In this document: positions 11,629 to 23,842 of the stretch, piece after piece
How the letters are laid out: each line of letters starts with the position of its first letter
Numbering within the stretch: position 1 is the stretch's first letter
The notes under the pieces: generated by a model
What the model was told of the DNA's origin: nothing
What the model saw: only the letters and a program-made list of their open reading frames with translations
Database searches by the model: none
Program-made: the position numbers and the translations under genes
Assembly (NCBI GenBank): GCA_010356995.1
Contig: ML996709.1
Coordinates: forward strand, 262,606 to 326,605
Length of the DNA: 64,000 nt
Direction of reading: 5' to 3'
Source: Trichodelitschia bisporula
Lineage: Eukaryota

Positions 11629-13158
11629 ATCGTGCTAGGCTGCTGCTGCCACGCAACGGGCGCGCGGGGTGTGGGCGAGGTGTGGTGTTGCGGCAGCAAG
11701 GCTCCAGCATTCGCGGCGCGCTGAGTGGCGGACGGGGCGCGGGGCAGGCTGGCTCGGAGCCGGGGGTGGGAGAGTCGTCGCTCGGGGGCGACCGGTTGAG
11801 TTGACCTGGAAAAGTCATGGCTGCCGGGCTGGGAGGATTTGTGGGTGTAGGCGGCGATGAGTTTTGGGGGGCGTGGGCCGAACCGAGGGGCCGAGAATTG
11901 TGCTGCCTAGTTGTTAAGGTTTGAAATGCGCGGTGATTTGGCGGAATGCGTTCGACCATGATGGACCGCCATGGCCAGATAGAGAAAGTGAGGCGAAATT
12001 ATTCCTTTCTTTTTGAGTAAGTTGATCGGGTGGGCTGGTGGTGCTCAGGTTGGGTGCGATTGTCGGTTTTTGGCGGGATATCGTGGGGTTTGTTAAAGGG
12101 GGCAAAAATCGAAGACACGGTCCGTAACGTCGGAACTTGGTCCATAGTAAGTTCGAAGAACCGAATACAATTGCAACCATCGTTCGACATGCTTAGCCTC
12201 ATGGTGCTGACCTGCGGCGAGCTTGAGGGCCTCAGCCGACCTCGCGATGTCCTGATGTCGCGCAATGTGTAGCAAAGGAGTTATGCTTTGTCATGCCTAC
12301 TATCAGCATAGCGGGCACATCCTCCGACACGATGATATGAACTTGTATAGCATAATGGTCAACACAGTGAAGTAAACTTGATTGTGCCATTCTATCTTGA
12401 TCCACCGAAGAAGTCATGGCCAGCTGAGCTGAGAGGGCTGTCGACGGCGGCGGCTGTGACTTTTTCGGAGGCGTGCCCGAACCAAGGGGCCGAGACTTAT
12501 GTTGCCTAACGGTGTCCTTACCATCCGTGATGGACGTGTATGGTCGGATGGGGAAGGTGAGGCGATTTTTGGTTATTCTGGGGAGGTGGAAATTGGGACC
12601 GTAGTTGATTTGTGTGCGGTACTTGAGTGTTCGGTATTTTCTTTTCATGGGACCTCGTGATATCCTGAAAGCTCATCAAAAATTGAGGACTTGGTCAATA
12701 GCCCCAAAAGTTTAGTTGGGAGCATGATAAAAGCATTCGGTGCAATTAGAACAACTGCAGACTGGTTCAGGCTCGTGGTGCAGACCTGCGAGGCGATTGA
12801 GGCCCGCAGCCGGCTTCACGATATCCGATATCTGCACGCAGCGCAACGTGTAGCAAATGGAGTCACCCTTCACTACCGTGACTGCGTCTGCTATCCACAT
12901 ATCAGGCCATCTTCCAACCTTCGACGGTATGTGCCTCAATCAGTATAAGGCTCAATAAACGAACTTAGACTTGCTGGGCCTGCTACCGTACAACATAACC
13001 TTACGATACCAGCGTATCACACCATCATCCGACGTCGACGAGATACCCTCCTGCAGCACAACGTCAAGCAAAATCGCATTCCATTGTGCCTACCGTACGA
13101 TCCACATGATCCCTCAGCCCATCACACCCGCCGTAATCATCGCACCCCCATCTCTCAA

Positions 13159-14984
13159 TCACCGCACCCCCCCCATCCCCTTCGCAATCATAGCACACCT
13201 CCCATCATAATCCGCATTCGGCGCAAAACTCGGCTCCGACATATTCCTATACCCCAACCTGACCAAACTCGCCGCTGCTTTCATTAGCCCACATCCCATC
13301 ACAGCCCACCACACCAGGCAATACGGAGCGTACTCACTCGCAGGATCATACACCGGCCACCCAAGCCCCCCCAACCCATTCTCCGGATCCTTCGCAAACG
13401 CCGCCCAAGCCCTCCTCATAACCAAACTCAAACCCGCTTCCTCCCCACTATCTCTCCCATGAATCCCCTCCTTGTTAAAAATCTCCGTCGTCCCAAAAAC
13501 AAGCGGAATCTCCGAGCTATGATACGCCCCCATTCCAGGCCCAATACTCGTATTCTCCCACTCGCCCATATACCGATACCGCCAACTCCTAACCCCCGCA
13601 CTGCGCCTGTACCCCGCCGCCTGCGCCGCCGGACACGAAAACGCCGCGTCGTTGGCCACCGCCTCGGGCAGACCAGCAGGCAAGCCCACGGTGTCCTTTC
13701 CGCCCTTCGGCGCCGCCCCACCCAGAACACCGGCCATAGCCTTGTTAAGCGAAAGCTCGTTATCCGTGTTCCCGACCAAGAGCGGACGTTTCGCGAACAG
13801 TCCGCTCGCGGCCCGCGCCCCTGTGTCCGCGAACACGGTCCGCCCATCGGCCTGCGGCCCAAACGCGGTCTGCACAGCGCCGCTGCTGACCTTGATAACC
13901 GCTTTCACTACGTCAGCCGCGGGCTTGCCGCGCACGCACTCAAGCGACGCGGCTGCGGCGTTCGGAACCGAGGCATCGCCGCACCCAACCGCGGCACTCA
14001 CACCGTACCACAGCTCAGCCGCAGGGCGGGGCGTCGTGCGGCCACCCATGCGCGCGGTGCCGGACTGCGCAATGTACCCAGCTACAATGGGATCATCGGC
14101 CCAGGCATAGGCGTGGAAATCGACGGAGGCGCCGCCCGCCGATTCGCCGAAGATGGTGATCCGTTTGGGGTCACCCCCGAAGGACGCGATGTTGTCGCGG
14201 ACCCACTCGACGGCGAGGCGTTGGTCGAGCAGGCCGGGGTTGGCGTCGGTGAGGGCGGGGGCGAGGGGGAAGCCGAAGATGTTGATGCGGTAGCTGGGGG
14301 GGGGGGGGAGAATGAGTGGGGTTCATGATAGTGGTGGGGGGGGGAGGGGAGTGTACTTGAAGGTCACGACTACGACGTCTTGCTCGCCGGCGAGGCGCGA
14401 GCCGGTGTAGTACGGGGTGTTCGACGCGCCGCTGGAGAAGCCTGGCCGTCAGTGTGCGTCTTTGGTAGGAGGTATGCACGAGTACCCACCCCCTCCGTAG
14501 ATCCAGAGCAGCACGGCCTTAGCCTTCTCGCCCGTCTGCGGCTTGGTCCACACGTTGACGGTCAGACAGTCCTCGGAGCTGGCATGCGGCGTGATGCCGC
14601 CCATGCCCGCGTGATAACCCTTCAGATTCGGGTTCTGGGGTGCTTTGGCCATGGCCTCGCGGTCGACGGCGACGAGGCAGTCGGGGCCCTTTGGTCGTTA
14701 GTAATGGCGCAGATGGATGCAGAGCGACGTACGTATTTATCCGCCACGACCGTGGCATTCGAAATCAGCGCCTTGGGCGGCGCGAAGCGCAACGGCCCGA
14801 GCGGCGGGACAGCGAACGGGATCCCGAGATACTCAGACACGTCCGAGCCGACGGGCCAGGGGGCGGCATGGCCGCGCACCACGCCGCTGGAGGTCCTGAC
14901 TTCCTGGCCGACGGACCATTGGGCCGTCGGCGCGGCGAGGGCGAGCGATGCGGCGGCGAGGGCGGTGAGGAGGGGAGAAGGCAT
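13159..14984 (-). CDS. Secreted type-B carboxylesterase/cholinesterase-like alpha/beta hydrolase
   Basis: Signal peptide, YLGIPFAVPPLGPLRFAPP, SEDCLTVNVW, WIYGGG, nucleophile motif FGESAGG, GNTDNE and GAYHSSEI; about four short introns. Confidence 0.92.
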
Positions 14985-15763
14985 TGCGAGGTAGCGACGG
15001 ACTGAGTTGGATGTGGGTTCGGCGACATGGTGACGCGGTGCGGTGTATTTAGGAGGGTTGGAGAGACTGTGCGAGGCGTGAGATTGAGGCTTTCGGGTGT
15101 ATGAACGGATAGAGGGTCGGATAGATGTTGTCGGTTCCGGGCTTGCGATGTGGTTGCACGTGATTTTCCGTGGGAGGGGGTTGGCCCTATTCTGGGGTGC
15201 GTGGAGGGTTCGGGTAGAGGTTCGAACTGGGGTGTTTGGCGATCGTGGATGATCGTAGTGTGCGGGTGTGGCGCTGCGGGATGGTTCATGGTGTTGTGGT
15301 TTTTGGGTTCGGCATGCAAGTCACGGATATCAAGAGGTGAGGTTTATGGCCAGAGTGACTCTCTTAAAGTTTTGCAGCACTGGATCTCGTCAATACTTTG
15401 GAGATTGGGAGGATAGATGTAGGCTACGGCTGTCAAGCGAGCCATCTTCCCGTGCTTCGGTTCGTTTCCTCCGGGGCTAAGCTTCCGTGCCACCACGGAT
15501 GCAGCGCGTCGTCAGCTTAGATTCGCCTGCATCTCTGCGTATCTGCCACTTTGCGTCCTCGTCGTTCCGATAACGAGTTCAAGAGGAGACGATTTGCAGA
15601 TCTTTATCCAGGCCGAGTTCAGCATGTCTCCTTGCAGCACTCTTCGTCGTCTACGCTGTTGCGAGCTGAGCTTCTGTCTGGTGTTGCACTATGCCTAGGT
15701 AACGTCAAGGACGAATGGGACTGCTGTGGGTTTCACCATCCAACTAGAGGAAGACATGAAGCG

Positions 15764-15945
15764 CAAGGAAGCAAGAGTAAATGCAAACTGAAGGAAGCAA
15801 GAGTCAAGGCAGACCGAAGGAAGCAAGAGTAAAGGCAAGCCGAAGGAAGCAAGAGTAAAGGCAAACCGAAGGAAGCAAGAGTCAAGACAGAACGAAGGAA
15901 GCAAGAGTAAAGGCAAACCGAAAGAAGCAAGAGTAAAGGCAAACT
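15764..15945. repeat. Purine-rich 26-bp minisatellite, 7 copies
   Basis: Consensus GAAGGAAGCAAGAGTAAAGGCAAACC with units starting at 15764, 15790, 15816, 15842, 15868, 15894 and 15920. Confidence 0.9.
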
Positions 15946-17197
15946 GAAGAGAAGAGAGGAGGAAAAGGTGTCAGCTCGACGAGTGTATTGAGTCTCATGA
16001 GATAGCTAGACGAAGATATGAAATCCGAAAAGCTCTATCGAATACGACACTACGCCTAGAATGCTGTCGAGGACAAGAGCGACGGTGTTGAGTGTCGTTG
16101 GGCAGCAAGATGAAGACAGGAAAGTGTGAGAAAGTGACGATGAAGTTGAAGAAAAGCCGGGGGAAAAGGTGGCAGCGCGGCGATATTCAGCCACAACCGC
16201 CACATCCGCCACATCCGCCACATCCACCACGTTCCGCCGCCCGGGGGCACTTTCCCTCGCTTCTCAACTCCAAAGAATCCATCTCAAGCGCATCTTCTCC
16301 ATCTCATTTCAACTTCATTCACTACATCTCCCACTGTATCTCGCCTCCATGCTCTCCCATCTTTCTCCTCCACAAGATCGTCAATCGGCACCCCGCAGAC
16401 TTGGCTCCCCGGACCCCAATGGCTGGATTCGATGCAACCGCAGCCACGGCAGCGCTAGGCGCCGCCATTCGCAAGCGCGTTCGCCCAGAAGCACCGCGTC
16501 GAATCAAAAAAAGCACGAATCACGATGTCGCCCCAAGGGCGTGCGCTGCTGCGGGTTCTTCTGCAGTCTGCAGCTTGCTTGTCCGCCTCTTTTTTCCTGC
16601 TGCCCCGAACTCCGTGTTTGCTGTCCCTTGCTGCTTCTTCACGTCGCTTCTCCAGCCGTCGCTCGCGCGCTCTCTCTCTCTTCTCAACCTCTCTCCTTCC
16701 ACACTGCTCACGGTCTCGGTTTCCGTTTCTCGTTCCGTCTGCATGTCATCCCACCAAAACTCGTTGTGAGCTGTCGCAATTGGGCCTCGAGTGCGTTTCA
16801 AGAAACACAACCCACCCGCGCGGTTAGCCCCGGCGACCAGTGGCTCGACCGGCGACAGCGTCATCGCCTACACTTTCACTCTCGACGTCACGATCGACAC
16901 CGGCCAGTCTCTATTCATAGATAGCCAACCGTCGAAACACGCTCGCTCGTTGTTTCTCCTCACACAACAATCACCAAACCATCACCCACCGCCCGCTCTT
17001 GACTCCGAACCCCGACGGGCGCCAAAACACCAGACCCACCGCGCATCGGCCCCTGCGAAACCCCGGGCGTTTCCCCGGTCGGCGAACCACACGCCGACGT
17101 TCAGCCTTGCTGCAGTACAACACCTGCAAGAGTGTACTTAGGCCGCGCGCGAACAGGGAATGCGCCCCGCGCGCGCTGATAAAGCTCGCCCATGGCC

Positions 17198-18997
17198 ATG
17201 GAGGCGACGACGCTTGTGACGTTCATCGTGTTCGTCTCTCGTCTCTCCTAGCCTTTCTGACTCTAACTGAACCAGCCACCATCCCTCCGCCCTTACCGTC
17301 GAGCTCTTCGGCTCGTGGGACAACTTCTCGCAAGCATATGTTATGAAGCGGGACCGTCGCCGCGGTCACGACGTCTGGACAGGCTGCCACTCCTTCCGCG
17401 ATATTATCTGCGACGGCGACATGAGCGCTGTGGGCGAGCGTCGCGATGGCGGGCTCAAGATGGGCGGAACGTACTGGTACTACGTGAGTAGTCTCTGCCG
17501 TTCAATGTGAAAATTATCTAACCCCGGCAGTACCTCCTCAACTCTACCGACGAATTCCACGACCCCGCACAGCCCACTACAACAGCCTGTCCCCTCCTTC
17601 CAGGCCAGTCCCTCAACATCCTCGACGTCCCACGCGAGCGAGCCCGCTCACCGTCCTCCTCACGCTCCTCCTCCCTCGCCCCCCACCCCCAAACCCTAAA
17701 CCCAGACGACCGGTACCTCAATCCACGCCCCGCACCCATCCCCGTCCGCAAAGCAGCGCCAGAACCCAAACCCTCCCTCCCCAAACTCACCACCGCCCTA
17801 CTCAACCCCGTCCGCCCACAATCCTCAATCGCACAGTCGGCAGTCCCCGCCCCATCTCCTCTCCCCCTCACACCGCGCCGCGTCCGCTCAGCAGGCAACT
17901 CCCCCATCACCCTCATCGCCGCCCCTCCCGCCCCCTCCACTCCCGCTGACGAACCCCGCGGCCGCACCCGCACCCCCGGCTCCGACCGCGCCCGTGCCAC
18001 AGCCGACACGCAACCCACCACCCCCCTCCGCACCACCACCCCCCTCCGCACAACCTACCCCCCACCACCAACCCTCCCCGCCCCGCTCCCCCGCTCTGTA
18101 TCCTCACACACCCCCTTAACGCCGGCATGCATGCCTCCCCCCCCCGACCCGCTCCGCTACGCCCCCCGCCGGTCCGTCAGCGCGCACGACCCGCCCAAAG
18201 CTACCCCTGCCGTGCGGCCCGTTACTGCCGTTGAGGCGCTGATCGAGCGACGTCGTAGTTTTGGGAGGGGGCATGTGAGGCACAGGTCGGATGATGGGCC
18301 TCGTGGACGGGGGAGGGTGCGCATGCCCAGTCCGCTACGGAGGGAGGTTAGTATTGAGAGGGGGGGGTGGGGTTTGGAGGGGATTAGGGAGGAGGGGAAG
18401 AGTCCTGCGAAGATTGAGACGGCCCGGGCGGATGGCGAGGTACGGCCTGGGACTGTTGTTGGACCGGTGTTGGGGCCGGAGCTGGAGCGGCCTGTGACTG
18501 CTGTCGGACCCGGGACGGAGCCTGAGCCGAAGCGGCCGGTGACTGCCGTTGGACCCAGGGCGGAGGCGGACCGGCCCGACGTGCACAAGACGCTGCCCCC
18601 TCTACCGACGTACCTCGTCCCCGCGCCTTTGTTCGACTTCCTCCCCACAGCCGGGGTGCCGAAGATCCCAGCCGAAGACGTTGGGGAGATGAGTCTGGCC
18701 GAGAGCGTGGACGAAGCGCTACGAGCGCTTGGGGCCGAGGTGTGCGTTACGCCGGCGCTGAGCGTGTGGAGCCCGGACTCGCCCGAAGTTGCTGAGGAAG
18801 AGGATGAGGAGCTGGGTGAGGGGGGTAGTCCGACGTTTAGTGATGTTGGGGGGAGTGGGAGGGGGAGTTGGGGGTTGGGGTTGGGGGTAGGGGAGGTGGA
18901 AGGGGAGGTGGAAGGGGAGGGGGAGGGGGAGGGGGAGAAGAGTGCGGTTGAGCGGTTGTTGGATGAGTTTGAGTATTTGGGGGGGGCGATTGTTTAA
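17198..18997 (+). CDS. Fungal protein with N-terminal AMPK1_CBM/CBM48-like domain and long Pro-rich disordered tail
   Basis: Introns 17230-17275 and 17484-17530 give MEATTLVTFIVHHPSALTVELFGSWDNF...GGLKMGGTYWYYYLLN...CPLLPGQSLNILDVP, continuous with ORF 18131-18997. Alternative ATG at 17192. Confidence 0.8.
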
Positions 18998-19384
18998 CTT
19001 TGCATGGGTTGGGGGGGTTTGGTGGCATGGTATGGCAGGGCGTTGGGGTTTTTGGGGATAGAGGGTGGTCTTTTTTTTTTCTGGATTTTGGTTTGGGGGG
19101 TACGATGGAAATGTTTCTGGATTCTTGGTTAGTGTGGCACCCGTGGGACGGATTTAGGAGGATAGTCGCGGCCTACATATCACGTAGATCTCTTATTCGG
19201 GATGCGGCATGAATCCGTAAGCTGAATCCTACGCTGCCTGATCTTGCATGACGAGGGCGCGATGTCGTGCGACGGGAGCAGCGTAGCGTCGCACTCTGCG
19301 TGGCACAGGTGTGCTGCGAACGTATGGCAAACATGCGGACACGCGGTATGCGGTCAGAAGCCCGCCATGTTCGTCAGCGCCTCG

Positions 19385-19462
19385 TCGTCAGGTTCTTGTC
19401 CATCGTCAGCTTCTTGTCCATCGTCAGGTTCATGTCCATCGTCAGCTTCTTGTCCATCGTCA
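19385..19462. repeat. 18-bp tandem repeat, about 4.3 copies, intergenic
   Basis: TCGTCAG(G/C)TTC(T/A)TGTCCA repeated, with G and C alternating between units. Confidence 0.85.
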
Positions 19463-19820
19463 CCGCCGCGCAGATGCTGATCCGTATGTATCGCACACGT
19501 GAGGCTAGCATCCAAATCCCCCTACCGGCCCATGAAAACTCGCTGCCTCCAATCTCGCCTCTCTCTCCCCCAAACCGAGCCGTAACTTCTCATCCTCCCC
19601 ACGCGCCCCCAGCCATACTGTACGCCCGCCTAGCCCCCATCCGCTAGTCCAATTCCCGCCCCCACAGCCGCGCGTCTCGCCGCGCCACGCCGATCTTGGC
19701 CCCCTGGGCGTCAGGGTCCAACCCCCTCGATCGCCCAAACGACCACCCTCGACGCCGACGTCTACATTATCACCAACATCCCCGCACCGCACCGCGGCAC
19801 GAGAGCAGACTAAGGACATT

Positions 19821-21310
19821 ATGGTTATCAAGCGCTTCACGACGATATTGAGTAGCAAGCGGAGCGGGAGTGGTGGGGGTGAGTTTGCCCTTGTTACCCA
19901 GCAGTGCTGCCTATTCCCCCTCCTTTGTCGTGAGAGATTGAGTGTGCTTTGCTAATCGCAGTGCGCAGCGCCCAGCGTAACCGACGATGCGCCGGACCTC
20001 GAAGGCGATAATCCCGTTGCCAACGCCGCGCGCGGCGTGCGCCTGTTCTGCGAGTCGGGCGGGCCGAATAGCGGCGTTTGTCTCCCCTCCCACAAAAGAA
20101 CCGTCCTAACCCGCACAGGGCGACGAAGTCCTACACCTCCCCGTAATCGTCGAGTCCGCCGAATCCAGTCCCAGCGCCGCCGCCGCGGCGGCCCTGGCAA
20201 TCCAGCGCTTCCTGAGCAAAGACTACACATCCCAGCCGCACGTGCAATACAACGCGGTCATGCTCATCCGCATTCTGGCTGATAATCCCGGGCCGACATT
20301 TACGCGCAATCTAGACGGGAAGTTCACGGATACGGTTAAGAAGCTGCTGCGTAACGGAAAGGATCCGTCCGTGCAGCAGATTCTCCGCGAGAGCCTCGCG
20401 GCGCTGTACGCGGACAAGGCGTATGACGCAAACCTCCAACCGCTCTTCGCAATGTGGTCCAAAGAAGCGGCAGCCAGCGGCGGCGCGCCCTCAGCATGGG
20501 GCTTCGGGTCCCGCAGCCGCGCCGACGCCCCGCCGCAGGACTACCCCCCTCCCCCGCCGCCCAAGTCCCGCGGTGCGCTGCCCAGCCCGGGCGAACTCGC
20601 GCAGCGCATCGAGGAAGCGCGCACGTCCGCCAAACTCCTGCAGCAACTGGTCCAATCCACCGAACCCAGCGAGCTTGCGACGCACGAACTGGTCCGCGAA
20701 TTCGCGCAGCGCTGCCAATCGGCGCAGCGCAGCATGAATGCGTATATCCATGCTGATCCGCCCGGGCCCGACGAGGCGACCATGACGACGCTGATTGAGA
20801 CCAGTGAGATGCTGGCGCTGGCGCAGAGTAAGCACTCCCGTGCGCTGCTGCAGGCGAGGCGTGCGGGGAGCGGGCAGTCGGGGGGGGCTGGGGCTGGGGC
20901 TGGGGGTGCGGGTGCGGGTGTGGGCAGTGGAGTCGGTCTTGGTGTGAGCGATGAGGATGTTACACCCGCCCCGGCCCACGCAACATACGTCCCCGCGCCA
21001 CTTTCCAGCTACTCCCCCCCGCCCATCCCGCCCCCGACTATGCGCGCGCATAACGGGCGAGCGGCGCCGGTGCCGGTGCCCGATCGCGAGGAGCTGGTTA
21101 GTCCGCTGGGGGAGCCGGAGCGGGAGACGGGGTATGAGGCGTATTCTGCGGGGCCGTATGGGGCGGTGCGCGGTGGGGCGAGTAACGGGCCGGAGTATGG
21201 GCGCCCAGCGGTGTCGCCCGCTCACCATGGCCCGGCGGCCGAGGACCCGTTCTCGGATGTGTATGCCGCGCCTGCGGGGCCGCCACCTGGGAGGGAGGAG
21301 GAGAGGAGGG
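19821..21310 (+). CDS. VHS/ENTH-like plus GAT domain protein; 3' end lost in assembly gap
   Basis: Introns 19879-19968 and 20076-20118; RLFCESGGPNSGGDEVLHLPVIVESAESSP...QYNAVMLIRILADNPGPTFT (VHS-like) and LPSPGELAQRIEEARTSAKLLQQLVQST...CQSAQRSM (GAT). Confidence 0.82.
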
Positions 21311-21550
21311 NNNNNNNNNNNNNNNNNNNNNNNNNNNNNNNNNNNNNNNNNNNNNNNNNNNNNNNNNNNNNNNNNNNNNNNNNNNNNNNNNNNNNNNNNN
21401 NNNNNNNNNNNNNNNNNNNNNNNNNNNNNNNNNNNNNNNNNNNNNNNNNNNNNNNNNNNNNNNNNNNNNNNNNNNNNNNNNNNNNNNNNNNNNNNNNNNN
21501 NNNNNNNNNNNNNNNNNNNNNNNNNNNNNNNNNNNNNNNNNNNNNNNNNN
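21311..21550. other. Assembly gap (240 N)
   Basis: Run of n characters flanked by G-rich sequence. Confidence 1.
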
Positions 21551-22663
21551 GGGGTTGTGTTGTTGCTGGTCGGTGTAGTTTTGGTGGGGAGGTGAAGAGG
21601 GGGGGAGGGGCTTGATATCCACATTGTAGTCTTGCTTGCTATACCGTATCTAGCGCTTTTTACGTAACACTACTGCTGTTTTGTAATGGGAGCGAGGCTC
21701 TTTACGTCCAAAGGTGACTGTGAAAATTGAAGCTTGAATAAAAGACGAATCCCCTTACGAGGCGTCGTGGGCCCAGCCTTTTCAGCTATAGTCCGGTAGA
21801 GGAACCGGAGGCTTAGCGTGGGGGCGCGCGTCGGCCTTATCCGTAGCCAATATAGAGCGCTTGGAGTTTTACTTCCGACGTGCGGACCTAGCCTCTCAAG
21901 TTCGCGCAGCCGACGATTCTGTTCTGGGAGCTTCCGGGCTTGCCCCGGCGATTGTTGAAGCTGTAGGCTGGGGCAGGGAACCGACGCAAAGAAGGGCGGA
22001 GGGAACGGTGGACATAGAAGCCAGGGGCTTTCCTCCGATGACTTAGACCACTATTCGGCCCGACAGCGCTCCTACAGTGAAGTCAAGAGCCGGACCGATG
22101 GACCCCTTGGGCCGATGGGTGCGCGCTGGTCGTCGGCTGATCAAGGTCTATCGGGCTGAAGCCATCCTTGGTGTTCTTCGTAAAGCGAGAGTTGTGCAAT
22201 ATCGTCTGCAAGCACAAATTACGGAAAAGGTCTCCGGGATTCGGTTGGCGATGGAACCGTGGATTTTGCCACGAGTGGTGGTTGTCGAGCGAGGAGGTTG
22301 GTGCTACGGTTGTCGGAGTGAGATCTTAGCGTACGATGTGGGGCGGAGGATGAGGCCCGGAGCCGCGCACCCATACCCCAACACGAGCTCCGGCTGGATG
22401 CTCGAGCGACGAATCTTTTTAGTAACGCGTTATGCTTCGTTGAGTGCGCAGGAGAAAGATAATTGAGGAAAGAAGAGTCAACAAAACTCCTGACGAAAGG
22501 ACCTCGGAACCGCCCTCTCCTAGCCATGTACCCTCGTCAAACCGGCAAATAACCCGCAAGGCTGTAGCCTGCCTCCCCCCGCAATCCTCCCAAATTACCC
22601 CGCTGAGGCTGTACAAGCCCTCCATCCTGGGGGCCCTCGGGAAAACAAAACTCAGAAATTGCC

Positions 22664-23365
22664 TTGAATTGTTTTGCTGAAAGAAAATTCCGCACGCCAT
22701 GGGTCGGACTCGCTCGTTTCGCCAGTTTTGGAGTAGACTTTGTGAGACGCTTGTCCTGGAGACGGGCTCGCGGTAAGAAGGTCGGGCATGAGGACGTTCC
22801 TCCCAGGGCCGGAAATCACGAAGATGCTCCGCCCAAAGCCGATGATCACAACGACGTCAATATTCCCGCAAACTTGTCTCTCCCGTCCATCGGTCGCCGA
22901 GACCCTCCCTCCAAGGCCGATAGTCAAGTCACAAATGCTCCAGAAGGCTTGCACGCACCGTCCGTCGGCCACGAGAGCCCCCCCCCCGAGACCAACAGTA
23001 ATGACGATACGAAAGCTCCGGACGGTTCATCCGCACCGTCCGTCGCCGACAGACACCCTGCCCCAAAAGCCGACGAGCCCGACAACAAGAATCCTCCCAA
23101 CAGCTCGTCCACACCATCCACCCGCTTCCACTGGCTCACGCCAAGCGGATCCGCCCCTTTGGCATACGTGTTCGAGATACCCCTTCCACAATCACCATCC
23201 TCCCTGCCCCCCGTCCCAGACCTCTTCCCCCATCCTGACAGACCGGACCCTAAAGCTGAGCCATATATCGCCTACCTGGAATCGCGGCCTTCGCACCCCG
23301 TCCATGCACTTCCGCCGGGTCCCGAATTTCCGCGGCGTGGTTCTGCGGTCGAACCTGGCACTTGA
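22664..23365 (+). other. Possible orphan gene or pseudogene fragment; Pro/Ser-rich with about four degenerate 25-27 aa repeats
   Basis: Open frame lacking an in-frame ATG; repeats PSIGRRDPPSKAD / PSVGHESPPPETN / PSVADRHPAPKAD preserve frame. Confidence 0.35.
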
Positions 23366-23673
23366 TGCCGCGCGGCAGACACCTCACCTTTTCAGTCTTG
23401 CAACTGACACATCTTGTCCGCGAGGGTTGTCAGCGCTAGAGATTCCTCCCTCAGGTTCTACTTCATCAGGAGCCGTCACCGGGCGTCCTCTCCGTGCTGC
23501 GCCAGGCGAGTAGGATTAGCGCCGGACAAAAGGATATCAAGTCCGACAAAATCGTACAGCGACTTCGAAGACAGTGCCAGATCGCGCAACACCGATGAAC
23601 CAGCCCGCTCTATCAGGAACTGCATAAATACCAAACCTCCTCCACCTGGCAAAAAAGAGAGCCGAAGACCCCA

Positions 23674-23745
23674 TGGACTCGCCGGGAATCGAACCCGGGA
23701 CCATCCGCATGCTAAGCGGATATTATACCACTAAACCACAAGCCC
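23674..23745 (-). tRNA. tRNA-Ala(AGC)
   Basis: Reverse complement GGGCTTGTGGTTTAGTGGTATAATATCCGCTTAGCATGCGGATGGTCCCGGGTTCGATTCCCGGCGAGTCCA: cloverleaf, anticodon AGC, G3:U70 identity pair, TTCGA T-loop; T6 Pol III terminator at 23651-23656. Confidence 0.97.
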
Positions 23746-23842
23746 AATTCGTGTCTGATGGCCGGCGGGACTGGACTTTGATCGCATGGAATGGAACGGG
23801 CGTGGGGGGCTTGGTTTGGGCGAAGGGACGTCGAGGTGCAGT

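Noticed and set aside
15764..15945. CRISPR-like array
   Set aside because: Units are contiguous with no unique spacers, there are no cas genes, and the context is eukaryotic; it is a minisatellite.
16092..17141. Overlapping ORFs of 100-250 aa upstream of the CBM gene
   Set aside because: No recognisable domains; pyrimidine-rich sequence typical of a long promoter or 5' UTR.
20491..21624. ORFs spanning the N run
   Set aside because: Artefacts of translating through the assembly gap.
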